Assembly (NCBI RefSeq): GCF_037042905.1
Contig: NC_087245.1
Location: 4,962,001-5,026,000, forward strand
Source of the DNA: Lytechinus pictus
Taxonomy: Eukaryota
Length of the DNA: 64,000 nt
Reading direction: 5' to 3'
Part shown: positions 31,801 through 44,184 of the stretch, piece after piece
Layout of the letters: every line of letters starts with the position of its first letter
Numbering within the stretch: position 1 is the first letter of the stretch
Notes under the pieces: generated by a model
The model's database searches: none
The model's input: only the letters and a program-made list of their open reading frames with translations
Told to the model about the DNA's origin: nothing
Program-made: the position numbers and the translations under genes

Positions 31801-34083
31801 AACATGATCATGTTATTATTACACCGGCTTTGGGCCGGAGTAATAATGAACCAAGATTTTGGTAAATCGAAAGATATATATTATTTTGTATCAAAATATG
31901 TGAATTCTTTATCGTGGATCACTCGTTATTGTGGATCATGCAAAGCAACTGAATGTTGTTATTCAGTGAAACTCCTATGAATACTAATTTCTTTAAATCA
32001 ATGTAAGCTGTAAATATTTCACCTAAATATTATTTTGTAGTTATATGTATATTTTGATTGTTGGATATATTCTGTACTAAAATATCTGAAATAAAATTTA
32101 TAAATTTGAAGAAAAAATACTTGTCTATTTGCTTCATTGATATATGGAAGATAATTCTAATTACTGTAAATTTGCATACTAATGTTTCTCCCCTACTCAA
32201 TCATCTTGAGGTTCAAGGCCAGGCTTTTTCCTTTTTCACTGCACTCAATGAGGTCTTGTTATTGCAGTCTTGACTCTCAATTGTATTCTGTAAAGATGAT
32301 TGTACCCATAGGAAGAAGGGGGAGAGGGAAGAGTAACAAGTGATGGATGATGAGGTTAAGAAAAATAAGGAGGAGAAATAGGGTGGGGGATAAGAAGTGT
32401 AATTATCAGAAAGGACTTCAGGAGAAATAGAAAGGTGATGAGAAAGAGGAAGGGGGGGGGGAGGAAGAGAAGAAAAATGTGTTTTTCTATTCTTAGTGTC
32501 ACAAAGACTTTCAATTTGTACCAATTTAAATGGAAGTTGAATTTTCTTCACACCACATATTCTTTAAACCTGGCATGGACGAACACTGAAGCTGTGCTAC
32601 AAAACATAGCTTGTAAAATTTGGAGTGCTCAATGCTATCAATTTTGAGAATTTAGATATTTGAAATTCATAAATCAGATTTTTTAAGGATAATGATTTAA
32701 AGAGAGGGAGAACAAAAAGTACTTCTCTCCAATGCCCAAATGCAAGTTGACTTCCCCTGTGAATTTTTCTGTCAAATTTCAGCATAAAAATGAATCGGAA
32801 TGGCAATGAAAAATCAAACAAATTTGGATTCCAACAGGAATTGGCAAATCAATAGCATATCCATTGAGCTCCATCAAATTTCTGCTGTACATTTCATGAA
32901 ATATACAATTGATAACACAATAAAATAAAGGTGTTGCAAACTTCTTTCAATCACATTTTATTTAAATATTAAGTGGTATAAATATGAGATAGTTTTTAAA
33001 TTACTCAACAGAAAACATGAACACTAATAGAAAAGAAAAATAAGCTGTTATTGTACTGATTTCATGAATACAAAATAATGAATAATAAATACTTGACAAT
33101 AATTTCTTGTAATGAAAGAACATCATTAGCAATATTTCAATGCAATATTTGAAGCTTAAGAAACATACAAAAGAAAATAAGTAGAAAAAAAATATCATAG
33201 TACAAACCTATTTCCACAATTTCTATACTTTTCAATGCCGAAATAAATAATAAATAATAACTTTTAAAAAATTCCACTATAAAAATGTCTCACAAATGAT
33301 CACAAATTTATCATTGTGAAATCAAAATGAAAAAAAAAGATAAAATAGCAGTTTTCATCAAAAAAAAATACCCAGAGACAAGATTGCATTTGGGCAGTGG
33401 TGAAAAAAGATTTTGGTTTTATCTTGCTTAATCTACTTTCATTCATCATTCCATCCCATTCACTCAAGTCCCCAGTTTCTTGTGTCCTAAATGAAAAATG
33501 AAAAATCAATGTTCGTAAGTGTATATCCTGAATAGCAGTATGATTATGTACAATACACCCGCATATGTGTTGCTGTGCCAACATGGCATACATGCAATGC
33601 ATATAATATATCTGTGTTCTATTTTGGATTGCAATACAGTACATGCATTTGCTATTTTGCAAAATTGGAGACCTTACAATTCACTTATTAGCAATATCCA
33701 TATCAATGCTTTAAAAATATTCACCTTGTCCACACACAAAGGCATTGAGAATTCAAATCCATCCAGAGCACCAATAATATCTTAAAACCAATTATTAAAC
33801 CCTATCTATACCCTATGAACATAGAAACATAGGCCCTCTACATTACTCTTGTATATGGCAACATCAGTTGTAAGAATGAGCAAAAGATCTAACAGCGAGA
33901 TAGGAGGGGATTGAATATGCATAGAAAAATTAGTGCTAGTACATAATTATGAATATTGTTAATTTCAAGTTAATTTTAATGATTTGTTCATGGATTTATG
34001 GGGAATTTTCCATGATGTACATCAGGTAGAGAACAGTTGCACTCGACGATACACATTGCAGCCATTTGAAACCTATTGCAATC

Positions 34084-34605
34084 CCCGGGGGGGGGGGGGG
34101 GGGCACTCGACCAAAAAAGTGGTAGGGGTGTGCCGCGGGCGAGACAAAAAACGGGGGCCTTGGAGCGGGCTCATTGTAAAAAGGAGGGTCCTCGGAACGA
34201 GCTTCGGAACTACAAATGTTTGTGAAAACGGGGGTCCTTGGATCGGGTCGCCTGTGTGCGAGTGCGTATGCATCCCTATGGAACGTACATGCAGCTAGCC
34301 CGGCGGCACGACTGACGGGCGCGCTAGCGGAGAGGCGATGGTCGGACAGCGAACTGCGGCCGCTTTTCACCAAAATTGCGACCGGAACGGCGTAACGGAA
34401 AATATGCGAAGCCCTGGAGCGGATTTTTTTTCTTCTTTTTATCTCGAGAAGAAGAAAATGCTATGCTCTGGAGCGGCTTTCTATGTTCTTTTTCTCAATA
34501 AGACAAAAATGCTATGCTTCGGAACGGAAATTTGAGTGTAAAAATGGGGGTCCCCTCCGCGGCACATACCCACTATGCATTATATACTGAGTGCCCCCCC
34601 CCGGG
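34084..34605. mobile_element. GC-rich non-autonomous DNA transposon with CCCGGG termini
   Basis: cccggg(g)n-cactc ... gagtg(c)n-cccggg, flanked by a perfect 8-bp TSD ttgcaatc. Confidence 0.85.
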
Positions 34606-35039
34606 TTGCAATCTATCTTGCTTTCAGCTTCAGCATATATTACATTTAATTCTTTACATTTTTCTTTGGAATTGAAGATTGCATAACAAGCACCAAGGCC
34701 AGCACAGTAAATAAAAAAACAAACGAACAATTGAACAATTCAGCATGCGGGAAACCTAACATTTGCAATGAGTTGATTTGTATAAAATATATGATTGGGA
34801 GAAAAATTATGGCTAAGCACAATAAGTATGGTACAAAGAATTACTGGTACTCTTTAATACAGTACTACACAGGCAAATGATGATTTCATTGAAATCATAA
34901 AGCTCCGTTTATCTCCAGCATTTTGACGTTTCCTGATGACTATTAAAAAAAAGAAAAGAGATGCAACATGTGTATATCAGCATTTTGCCAAGCATTTCCT
35001 TTTTGTGTGGGAAGTGCTATCAAATGCATACATGATTGT

Positions 35040-35320
35040 GGGTGCGTCGTGGTCTAGTGGTTCAGACTTGCCTTTCAAACAGGGTCGTGGGTTCGAATCC
35101 TAGCCATGGCGTGTTTTCCTTCAGCAAGAAATTTATCCACACTGTGCTGCACTCAACCCAGGTGAGGTAAATGGGTACCGGCAGGAAGTAATTCCTCAAA
35201 AAGCTGTGCGCACCAGAATCGGTAGACTAGCTTAGCCGGGGTAATATAGGAGCGCCTTGAGCACCTAGCAAGGTGGATACGTGCGCTATACAAATCTTAT
35301 ATTATTTATTATTATTATTA
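35040..35320 (+). mobile_element. tRNA-derived SINE
   Basis: A-box (tggtctagtgg), B-box (ggttcgaatcc), central core, gcgccttgagcac...gcgctatacaaat tail and (TTA)n end. Confidence 0.85.
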
Positions 35321-36391
35321 TAAATGAAATACAGGCATGTCCAATACAACTGGGCCTGTTGCATTGCATGGAATCCTTGATTTACATTGGTTGGTGATCA
35401 GCGTTACCATGGTAGCTATCATTGGTTGGCAAAATTACCATAATGGTAACTTTTATGCAACGGGACCCTTTAGTACTATAGCTACTATGCCACCACAAAA
35501 TGAATATTGCTCAAAAGTAAACATTTTTAATATCTTTAAAGATTGACATAAAACACACACTTCAGGTACTGAGATTTGAAAAAAATAATGTAATGCAATT
35601 TGATATCAAATATTCATATCATGTAAACCTACTAATACCTCTATAATAACATGACTTTACAATGAAACATAATCACATAACAAGTACATATTTGTGCTTA
35701 CTTGACAATTGAATATTAACTTGAATACATAGAGCATAAGGCATATTAGTCAAGGTGAAATGAGCCAACTCTATTTGATAGATCAGACAGATTTCTACTT
35801 CGACAAATTCAAAATACGTGATTGAGATGTTTCCTGGCCATATTTCATAAAGCTTGTTATCAATAACGAGCTGAAAACTAAGAGAAATTAATGATTTTGA
35901 TAGGCTATGAAGCAATGCTGCTATGGTAACAAAAATTGATAACAGCTTGTCATTTATAAGATCTTGTATAAAAAAAAGGCCTGATTACCCTTAACTATAT
36001 GGGTTGAAACTATCCCTCTTCAACTTCATAGTGTAAAAATGAAAGACATTAAATAAATTACAAAATTGACAAAAATAAATGAAGGCATTTAAAACAGAAT
36101 CCATTACATATTCACAAAAACATGAAGTAACAACTAACTACATATTGCTAAAGCATATGTATTAATTTTGAGAAGCATATGTATTAATTTTGAGAAGCAT
36201 GTATATTGCCTCATAAACATATTCTATTACAGAATTCCATGATTGTCTCACATTTGTGTTTGAAATAACACTATCATAAACATCTGTTTCATCACAGATT
36301 ACACACACATTCACATAGGATTATCAATTTTTATGACCTAAATTGTTGAAAAATATTAATACTACAAAAATCTACTTATATAATATAATAA

Positions 36392-36509
36392 TTTTGCCTC
36401 CGACGAAGATTCTGCTAGGATCGAAAGCTTAGGCCCCTTTTTGACTTTATAATTTACTCCATTGGCTCTCTTTTATTAGATAAGCAGTTTTCAGCAGCTT
36501 CTTTTTGCC
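36392..36509 (+). mobile_element. Penelope-like terminal fragment carrying a minimal hammerhead-like motif
   Basis: cct-ccgacga-ag-attct-gct-aggat-cgaaa-gctt-agg at 36397-36433; insert flanked by a 10-bp direct repeat aatataataa. Confidence 0.55.
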
Positions 36510-36823
36510 AATATAATAAGTATGCTAATTATAAGGAAATCATTGAATGTTTTCAGTTTATATGAGAAGAATTTCTCCAATCAATGTCAAATTCGTATTT
36601 GGTTTCTTTGTTTGTACATTTACAAAAAAATTGTACTCAACTTTAAATTGTTATGGTTTTGTTCTGGAAATAAAGATAGAAAGCAATTGTCCATGTTCAA
36701 GCTGAATTAAGCTAAAAATGTGACTGAATTATAGCTAGGGTCTTGTTTAAAGCATGGGATGCAGCATAATGTCACTCAATAGGAAGACATAATTATGAGT
36801 GCAGGTATTGCATTTAAAATACA

Positions 36824-37239
36824 TTAAAGGGATGGTCCGGGCTGAAAATATTTATATCTTAATACATAGAGTAGAATTCACTGAGCAAAATGCCGAAAAT
36901 TTCATCAAAATCGGATAACAAACAATAAAGTTATTGAAGTTTAAAGTTTAGCAATATTTTGTGAAAACAGTCGTCATGAATATTCATTAGGTGGGCTGAC
37001 GATGTCACATCCCCACTTTCCATTTTCTTATGTTATTACATAAATCATAATTCTTTTCATTATTTCATACTTGTGTGAATAATATGTCTCCCTTATAATG
37101 AAATAAGTTGCAGCAATAAATATTTAAAAACTTTTTCTTATTTGTTATCCGATTTTGATGAAATTTTCGGCATTTTGCTCAGTGCATTCTACTCTATTTT
37201 TTGAGCTATAAATACTTTCAGCCCGGACCATCCCTTTAA
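36824..37239. mobile_element. Kolobok-like MITE
   Basis: TTAA-agggatggtccgggctgaaa ... tttcagcccggaccatccct-TTAA, with about 90 bp of inverted arms. Confidence 0.88.
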
Positions 37240-37813
37240 GTACAATCCAATAAGTACAGGAAGGTACAATTCAATCTATTGAATTTAATATGTACTGATA
37301 AGGGCCTATCGGACATTTTCAGATAATATAAAATACAATCACAAACTAAGCAATATTATAATCATATTATCTAAACTGAAAAAAAGTATTTAAGCAGTGA
37401 TCCTTTAACTGCAAATCCCAGTCACAAAATCAATTTGATGCACTGGAAACCTCCTAAACTGGTGTATTAGTGTTCATCATTTATTCAATTGGAGATAAAA
37501 TCCAATGACCCGAATCTACTGTCTCACTAATACACACATTATTCATAGTAGTTGAAAGGTCAACAGATACTGTCATTTCTTAATGTATTTTTGCCAATAA
37601 CTCCCTAATATGTTTCTCTAATTTTCTATTTTTAATAAATCATGGTGAAACTTCACTTTAATTTCCTTCATAGAATGCTGGATAAAGTGATTATCACACT
37701 GTAGTCTTTACAGCAGTAAACAACACATATTTTCATACCGTTGAAATACTGTTATCTCCATGTCACATACATCATTTTCAGCCGAGGAAGAAAACAAACA
37801 AATTTCATGGCTG

Positions 37814-37983
37814 CTACACAGACTCGCATCGATCCATCCCTAGATGGCGCTTCAATCGGTGAAACCTCTCCTTGACATAATCATAGAACTCATAGTCCAA
37901 TTTCATCCTATCTTTCATGATCTCCACTGTTTTGGTAGTGGGCATCTTCTTGAAAGCTGTCTTAGACACTGAAGAAAACTGCG
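37814..37983 (-). CDS. UST-like: Uronyl/heparan sulfate 2-O-sulfotransferase-like, last exon
   Basis: SKTAFKKMPTTKTVEIMKDRMKLDYEFYDYVKERFHRLK...SV*; acceptor ttcacag. Confidence 0.9.
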
Positions 37984-38140
37984 CTGTGAAAACAAAGAAA
38001 TTAAAACATTAAGTAATGTGTCAAGTTCATGAATAACTTTGACTTGTTTTGTTTTTTGTTTTATGATAAAAATAATAGGATAGAATTTGAGTTAATCCTA
38101 CAATTTGGGTGCCCTTCTGGTGATTTTTCAACTCATCATT

Positions 38141-38416
38141 GTAGAGATGTTGTGGCTGAGAGGATAAGTCTCCAGACGTTGAACCATAAGGTCTGGGGTT
38201 CAAATCCTAACGCAGCACGCGCATCCTTTGGAAAGGCGTTTATCTGCAGTTGCCACTCTCCACCCAGGTGTGGTGAATAGGTACCGGGTAGAAAGAAATT
38301 CCTTGAATACTTGAGCACCTGAAAAGAGTAGCCGTGCTAAAGCTGGGATAATAGTATGCTGCCCTTGGCTTAGAAACAGTGTATTAAGTGCTGTAAAAAT
38401 GTTGCAAATTATTATT
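38141..38416 (+). mobile_element. tRNA-derived SINE (diverged)
   Basis: gtggctgagagg...ggttcaaatcc boxes; core ccacccaggtg...gtaccgg shared with the 35040 copy. Confidence 0.7.
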
Positions 38417-38918
38417 CAAAATATTACCTTCGGCCTCGTAAAAATAAAAGAAAAAGAGAAAAGAAGACATGAATATTACTAAAGAGAGATGGCTCTTAGT
38501 CATATAGCTCATCTTTGGGACATCTTACCCCCTCTTAAAATACACTAAAGTGGCCAGCCACTGAATATCAATAAACAAATTCTTTTTGTAACATCATATC
38601 ATCCACTGGTTCCCTTTTTTTTACAATCCAGCTCAAATAACAATTAATCGGAAACTCGGAAAACAGTGAAAAGACCAAAACCAACAATTTATTATTCTTC
38701 TTCTACTTATCGTACCGTACACTTAAGTTGAAAAAACATTGCATTTGGACCAATATCAACTTCCCTTGATCTTTTTTTTTCTTATGTACCAATGAATCAG
38801 GATAAATACAAAAAGAAATGTTGAAGGTGGAGGCATAGAAAGTAAATCTACATGAATCAAAACCAGATGAATCACTGAACCATCAAATAAATTCACAACA
38901 TACTCTGCAGTCACTTAC

Positions 38919-39076
38919 CTTTGTTTGACTGGTACTCATGCATGGCACCTTTGAACATTGAGGGCAGCAGACGTTCTAAGACACGAAGTGAGCTTTCATA
39001 CTCCTCAACGATACCAACGACCAGGAATTTGTCAAGGTTATGCTTTGCTTGCTCTAAGGCATACTCTGGTGAGGTT
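38919..39076 (-). CDS. UST-like: 2-O-sulfotransferase-like, exon 7
   Basis: YALEQAKHNLDKFLVVGIVEEYESSLRVLERLLPSMFKG, a HS2ST/UST conserved block; donor gtaagt. Confidence 0.93.
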
Positions 39077-39249
39077 CTAGGTAGGATAATGGATATAACA
39101 TGACAAATTATGCTTCCACAGATCAAATAATACACCAAAGAATAAAAAATATTAAAAACAACATAAACGCAACAAAATTCCATCCTACATAAACTCCTCA
39201 AAAAAAAATTGGAAATCTGACTTTGATCGATAATCCCTCTTCGGTTTTA

Positions 39250-40330
39250 GAAAATATCAATAGGTAATTAATATCAATGAATAGAGCATTTATTTCTCTT
39301 TAAGATGATACCCTACATGATATGATTATGGTTCACATGGAGGTGCAGTGCCTTGAAATGTGGGGCAAGGTCAAAATTCAAAAGCTGCAAAATGGCACAA
39401 TATTGAAAGTCACTGTTCTTTTTTCCGTGGTGATGAGTGAGTTTCTCAGCGGTTTTGTTTTTACTTTGACCGATAATTCCTCATCAGTTTTAGTAAATAT
39501 CAATGTGTAATTATTATCAATGAATAGATCATTTAATTTTCTTTAAAATGATACCCAATATGATATGATTATCATTCACATGGAGGTGCAGTGCCTTGAA
39601 ATGTAGGCAAGGTCAAAATTCAAAAGTTGCAAAATGACGCAATATTGAAAGTCACTGTTCTTTTTCCGTGGTGATGAGTGAGTTTTTCAGTAATTTCTTT
39701 AAATTGTTTTCATGCACCTTAACATCAACATTAACATGGAATCAAACACACCTCTGCACAAGCAAAAACATAACGAACATGCATGGGTATTTAAAACAAC
39801 GACACAAACCACGTTATCTCACATAACCATCACTACAGAAGCAGGGGCTTGGTTTAAATGGATTTTCATCTCTACTGACACAGACAAAAGAACCATGTTC
39901 TGTATTGACTACCTTTATGACTATTTCTGCTCGTTTTTGCAGCTTTTCGATTAAGACCTCATCCAACACTTTTGAATCCTGCTCTTTTCGTGATGGCATG
40001 ATCATAACAAGCATGGTATCATCTTAAAGAGAATTAAATTATCTTTTGAATGATATGAAATATGCATTGTGCAATATTGGGAGGTGGGAGAAAGGAATGG
40101 TCAAACTCAGATTTCCAAACCCTTTTTGCTCGTTTTGCAGCTTTTCAATTCAGACCTCATCCAACACATTTGAATCCTGCTCTTTTCGTGATGACATGAT
40201 CATAAAAAGCATGGTATCATTTTAAATAGAATTAAATTATCTTTCGAATGATGTAAAATATGCATTGTTTAAAATTCGGAGTAGGGAGAAATTAATGGCC
40301 AAACACAGATTTCCAAACTTTTTTTGAGAG
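39250..40330. repeat. Intronic repeat with two tandem segmental duplications (~240 bp and ~200 bp)
   Basis: About 39255-39450 recurs at about 39495-39690, and 39927-40125 recurs at 40127-40325. Confidence 0.7.
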
Positions 40331-40493
40331 GTTTATACATCACATTAATGCAAGATACCCAACTAAGAATAGGCATGATGTTCCAATTATTACATCACTG
40401 CACAACTGGCTTGAATTAAACCGATATATACTCTGCATGAGTGCAACAAGTCATTTATCATTAATATAAAATTAACAAAACAAGACGTCTTTA

Positions 40494-40656
40494 ATAACTC
40501 GGTCACATTCGCTCTACGGTGGCCGTATGGCGAATAAAAAACAGCCGTTTTATCCATTTTTATTCAAACCACCTATATGTAGCTGGTACAAAAAATGTTA
40601 AAACGGCTGTTTTCGACTCGCCGTACGGTCGCCGTAGAGCAAATGTGACCAGGTAT
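40494..40656. mobile_element. Palindromic MITE
   Basis: ggtcacattcgctctacggtggccgtatggcga ... tcgccgtacggtcgccgtagagcaaatgtgacc. Confidence 0.8.
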
Positions 40657-40716
40657 AAACTCCTTACCATTCATCAAGCTACCTGTCAGAAAGTTCTTGA
40701 ATAAACTTTTACTTAC

Positions 40717-40817
40717 ATGCATTTTCTCTCATAGCCACAGAAGGTCCTGATATTGATGTTAACGTAGTACAATGAAGTGCAGCTTAGTCGGCCATTCTCA
40801 ACACACTCGTCATAGGT
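40717..40817 (-). CDS. UST-like: 2-O-sulfotransferase-like, exon 6
   Basis: TYDECVENGRLSC...TFCGYERKC; AG and GTAAGT boundaries. Confidence 0.92.
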
Positions 40818-41088
40818 CTGAAATGAGAAAACAAAGTCAATGAAAGATGTTGACCAATTGAACGTGGTGGTCACTGTATGAAGACAATGGGCATTACGGA
40901 ATTCAGCAGTCAATAGACCGATTTTGACTGAATTCAATAAGAACATTCCTTTCTTTGCACAAAACCACCACATATGATGATTGTCAGAATATACTTTTTA
41001 ATATTTAATGGAAGAATATGCCTTCTTTCAACATTTTTTTTGCACAGTAAAACTGAAGGGCAATTTCATTAACCCTTAAAGTACTGGG

Positions 41089-41622
41089 AAGGGGGGGCCA
41101 TGATGCCCCTCAACGCTTTGCGCGATATTCCCGAAACGCAAAATGATAGAGCCGCAAAATTTTATGACTTTTTTCTTTTCTTTGAAGTCTTGTGCAACTT
41201 TTGAGACTAAATTCATGATGTATGAGTATAGTGTTGCGATGCCACGTGACTTTTTATAATACAATGTGTACAAAGTCTATGGGAGATGAAATTCATAAAA
41301 GGGCGATTATTTTTCATTCTAATCGGTCTGCTTAATTAATTTAGTTTTTAAATGGTCTGTAATAATTTCCATTGAAAAAAACAATGAAAAATAAAAGATG
41401 AAAAAACAAAGAAATATAAGAAATTCTAGAAGCAAAGAAATACATAAGGAAAACTTTGGCTTTCGCAGTTTATCTTTGTGGAAATCTTGAAATAAGATTA
41501 CAAAGATGACATCTAAGGAAAAAAAAAATGAAAATTTGAAGATAAAATTGGATGTTAAATATGCAAATAATGTTTTTCATGAATAATTTTGCATATTAAT
41601 AGCTCAGTCCTTTTAGGATTAA
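41089..41622. mobile_element. piggyBac-like MITE
   Basis: TTAA-cccttaaagtactg ... cagtccttttagga-TTAA. Confidence 0.6.
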
Positions 41623-41963
41623 GCATTTACCTCAAATTCCCCTATATGTTGGATCTTCCTGAAATGACTGCCTCTATTTTCTCGTTCATATGCTCTCATA
41701 TTATAATGGGTGGAGCAGTTCATGAATTGAAGTTAAAAAGGTGAAATTTAGGGGTAGATGTACAAATAGACCAATTTTATTGAATCACCCTAAGATGATA
41801 TTAGCCTTGGGAGATAACAACTTCAAGCCCAACTTAGCTCTCAATGAAAAACACTTTTAGAATGCATGTTTCAAATTTGAGGAAGCTGAAAGAGCTACAT
41901 TTTATAACATCAGTAGAGTGAAGCACTAGAAAGTCTACATGTATGTTATGAGCAGGTTTTCAC

Positions 41964-42117
41964 CTCATTAACTGCTGTTACACCCTCCTTGGCAATCATC
42001 TCATGAAGTTTATTTGCATCCATATCACTGTCACCAAACCGCATGAAATAGTACCAGGATATGTGGCGGGCTAGTGGGTCTCGAAGCATGCTCACATAGA
42101 TAGGCATCACCGCTGGG
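41964..42117 (-). CDS. UST-like: 2-O-sulfotransferase-like, exon 5 (3'-phosphate binding motif)
   Basis: PIYVSMLRDPLARHISWYYFMRFGD. Confidence 0.95.
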
Positions 42118-42291
42118 CTAAACAACAAAACAAAGTATCATTAACATTCTCTCAAATTATGCTAATATAATGGAGTGAAATCATTTATATTCATACCATG
42201 ACTAACTACTGTTCAGTCATTAAGAAAAACTGAAAACTATTCAAAAAGATATTTATCATGCCATTCACACTTAAAAAAAACAAACATGAAA

Positions 42292-43984
42292 CTAGAATTT
42301 TAATTCGTCATGAGGACGAATTAGGTGATCTGTCTCTGCTTTCATGATCAGGAAGACAATCAGCATGTTTATTGAGATCTATATGATCATCATGATGAAA
42401 ACTGAACTTCTCTTACGAAAAGAACGTGTTGAATACTCTTGAAAAAGAGGGAAATGAAAAAGTTGTGTAAAAAAGTGTAGGTCATACACATATTGTACAG
42501 GAACATTGTACATTAAAAGGGATTTTAATATCTTTTATTGTCCAATGTTTATTTTATATACATTGTAATGGTCATAAAGGACCATTTGTGATATGTTGAA
42601 AAGAAAAACAAAGAATTTTTTTTTCTCATGTTCACCCCTGCCCCCTGGGCTCGAACCCTGGACCCTAAGGACGCAAGTCTCATGCCTTACCCATTGAGCT
42701 ACACACTTCCCATAGACTTTACACATAAGCAAAACAAGAGGATCTCAAATCCAATTTTGCAAGTGAAATACGGGCATGATCCCGGCATCTGATCGGAAAA
42801 TGGAGACCACACTTCCGATAGCTTACAATCTCAGCTACAACATACTCCAAGCTCAGAGAAAACCAACAAACAAAAATGGAGATATGGCTCGCGAAATAGA
42901 GGAATGTAAAATCCAGTTTTGAGAAAAAGTCATTTCCCATAGAGATTGCACACAAAATGAGCGAAAATGACATATCTCTATAACTTGCCATTTTTCAGGA
43001 TGATTCGTTCCTTTAAATGTAAATATAGCCATCAAATTAGAAAGAGTATGTCCTCAGCTACAACATATTGAAATCTGAGCAAAAATTGGCCAATATTTAT
43101 GGAGTTAGAGTCAAATATGCATAATTATGATGACGTCATAAGTAGCAAAATGGGAATTTTGTGTTCCGACGCCATTTTGATGACGTCATGATAAAATTTC
43201 GGGTCAAATGTGACATGAAATCATATCTCCCATTCATACTCTATTAATATATGAAAAAAAAATTGGGGGTCAATGGACTTCCTGAAGAGCTATAATGAAT
43301 TTTGTATAGGCATGTTTTTGCACATATATTGTCTATGGTAAGTGCGCGCGCACGTGCTGTAAACTTTGATGGAGGCTAATTCCGTTATTACTTGTCGTAG
43401 AAGGTTGATCAAGGTATCAAATTGTTCAGAATTATATTATCGGTGCATTGATATTTAAAAAAATGGCAATCCTATGTTGCATAGTGCCGTTACGCGCGAG
43501 AACGCGCGCGTAACCGTGCGCGCGCGCAAATTTTTGAAATGCTTAAAATGGCCTGATTCATACTCAAAAAGTGATTTTGAGCATTTTAAAATTTTGACGC
43601 GCGCGTACGAGCACGTTGTGACCTTTACATGACCTTTGATGACATGGACAGTTGACCCTTGACCTGAAGATAATGTGATGTAAATATGATTAATTTTTGA
43701 TAATTGATAATGAAGATATGATTGATTATGTGATTTTACAAAATGGCGTCTAGATGACGTCATGATGACCTTTTGACCTTGAACTTGTTTCATCCACATA
43801 ACATGGTAAGTCCCCATAACTGATGATACTTTGAAGGAAATTGAAGATGTAGATTTTGAGATTTTATGGTAACAAGAAAAGGGTGGAAAAATAAAAATTA
43901 AGAAATAAATAAATAAATAATAAATAAAAAAGAAAATTTGTACGAAATTAATAGTTGATCTATCGATTGACAGATCACCTAATT
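42292..43984 (-). mobile_element. Non-autonomous Helentron-like (HINE/DINE-type) element with an embedded tRNA-like segment
   Basis: 16-bp subterminal IRs (aattaggtgatctgtc at 42319, gacagatcacctaatt ending 43984), hairpin aattcgtc/gacgaatt next to CTAG, (AAAT)n microsatellite near 43905. Confidence 0.6.
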
Positions 43985-44184
43985 ACAAGTTCAAAATAAT
44001 GATTTGTAGATACATGAAATGCATTTACTAATCAACACAATCTAAAACATTCTTAACAGTCATCAATAAATGAAATGAAAATCTAATAATATAAGAACAA
44101 TTCATGAAACCCTCATCAATGTAGAAATCAAAAGGAAATCTTCAACATTATTTTCCCCATATCATTGTCTGTTCAGGTGCTTAT

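Noticed and set aside
35040..35110. Functional tRNA gene (also 38145 and 42640)
   Set aside because: A and B boxes are present but there is no complete cloverleaf, and they continue into SINE or other repeat bodies.
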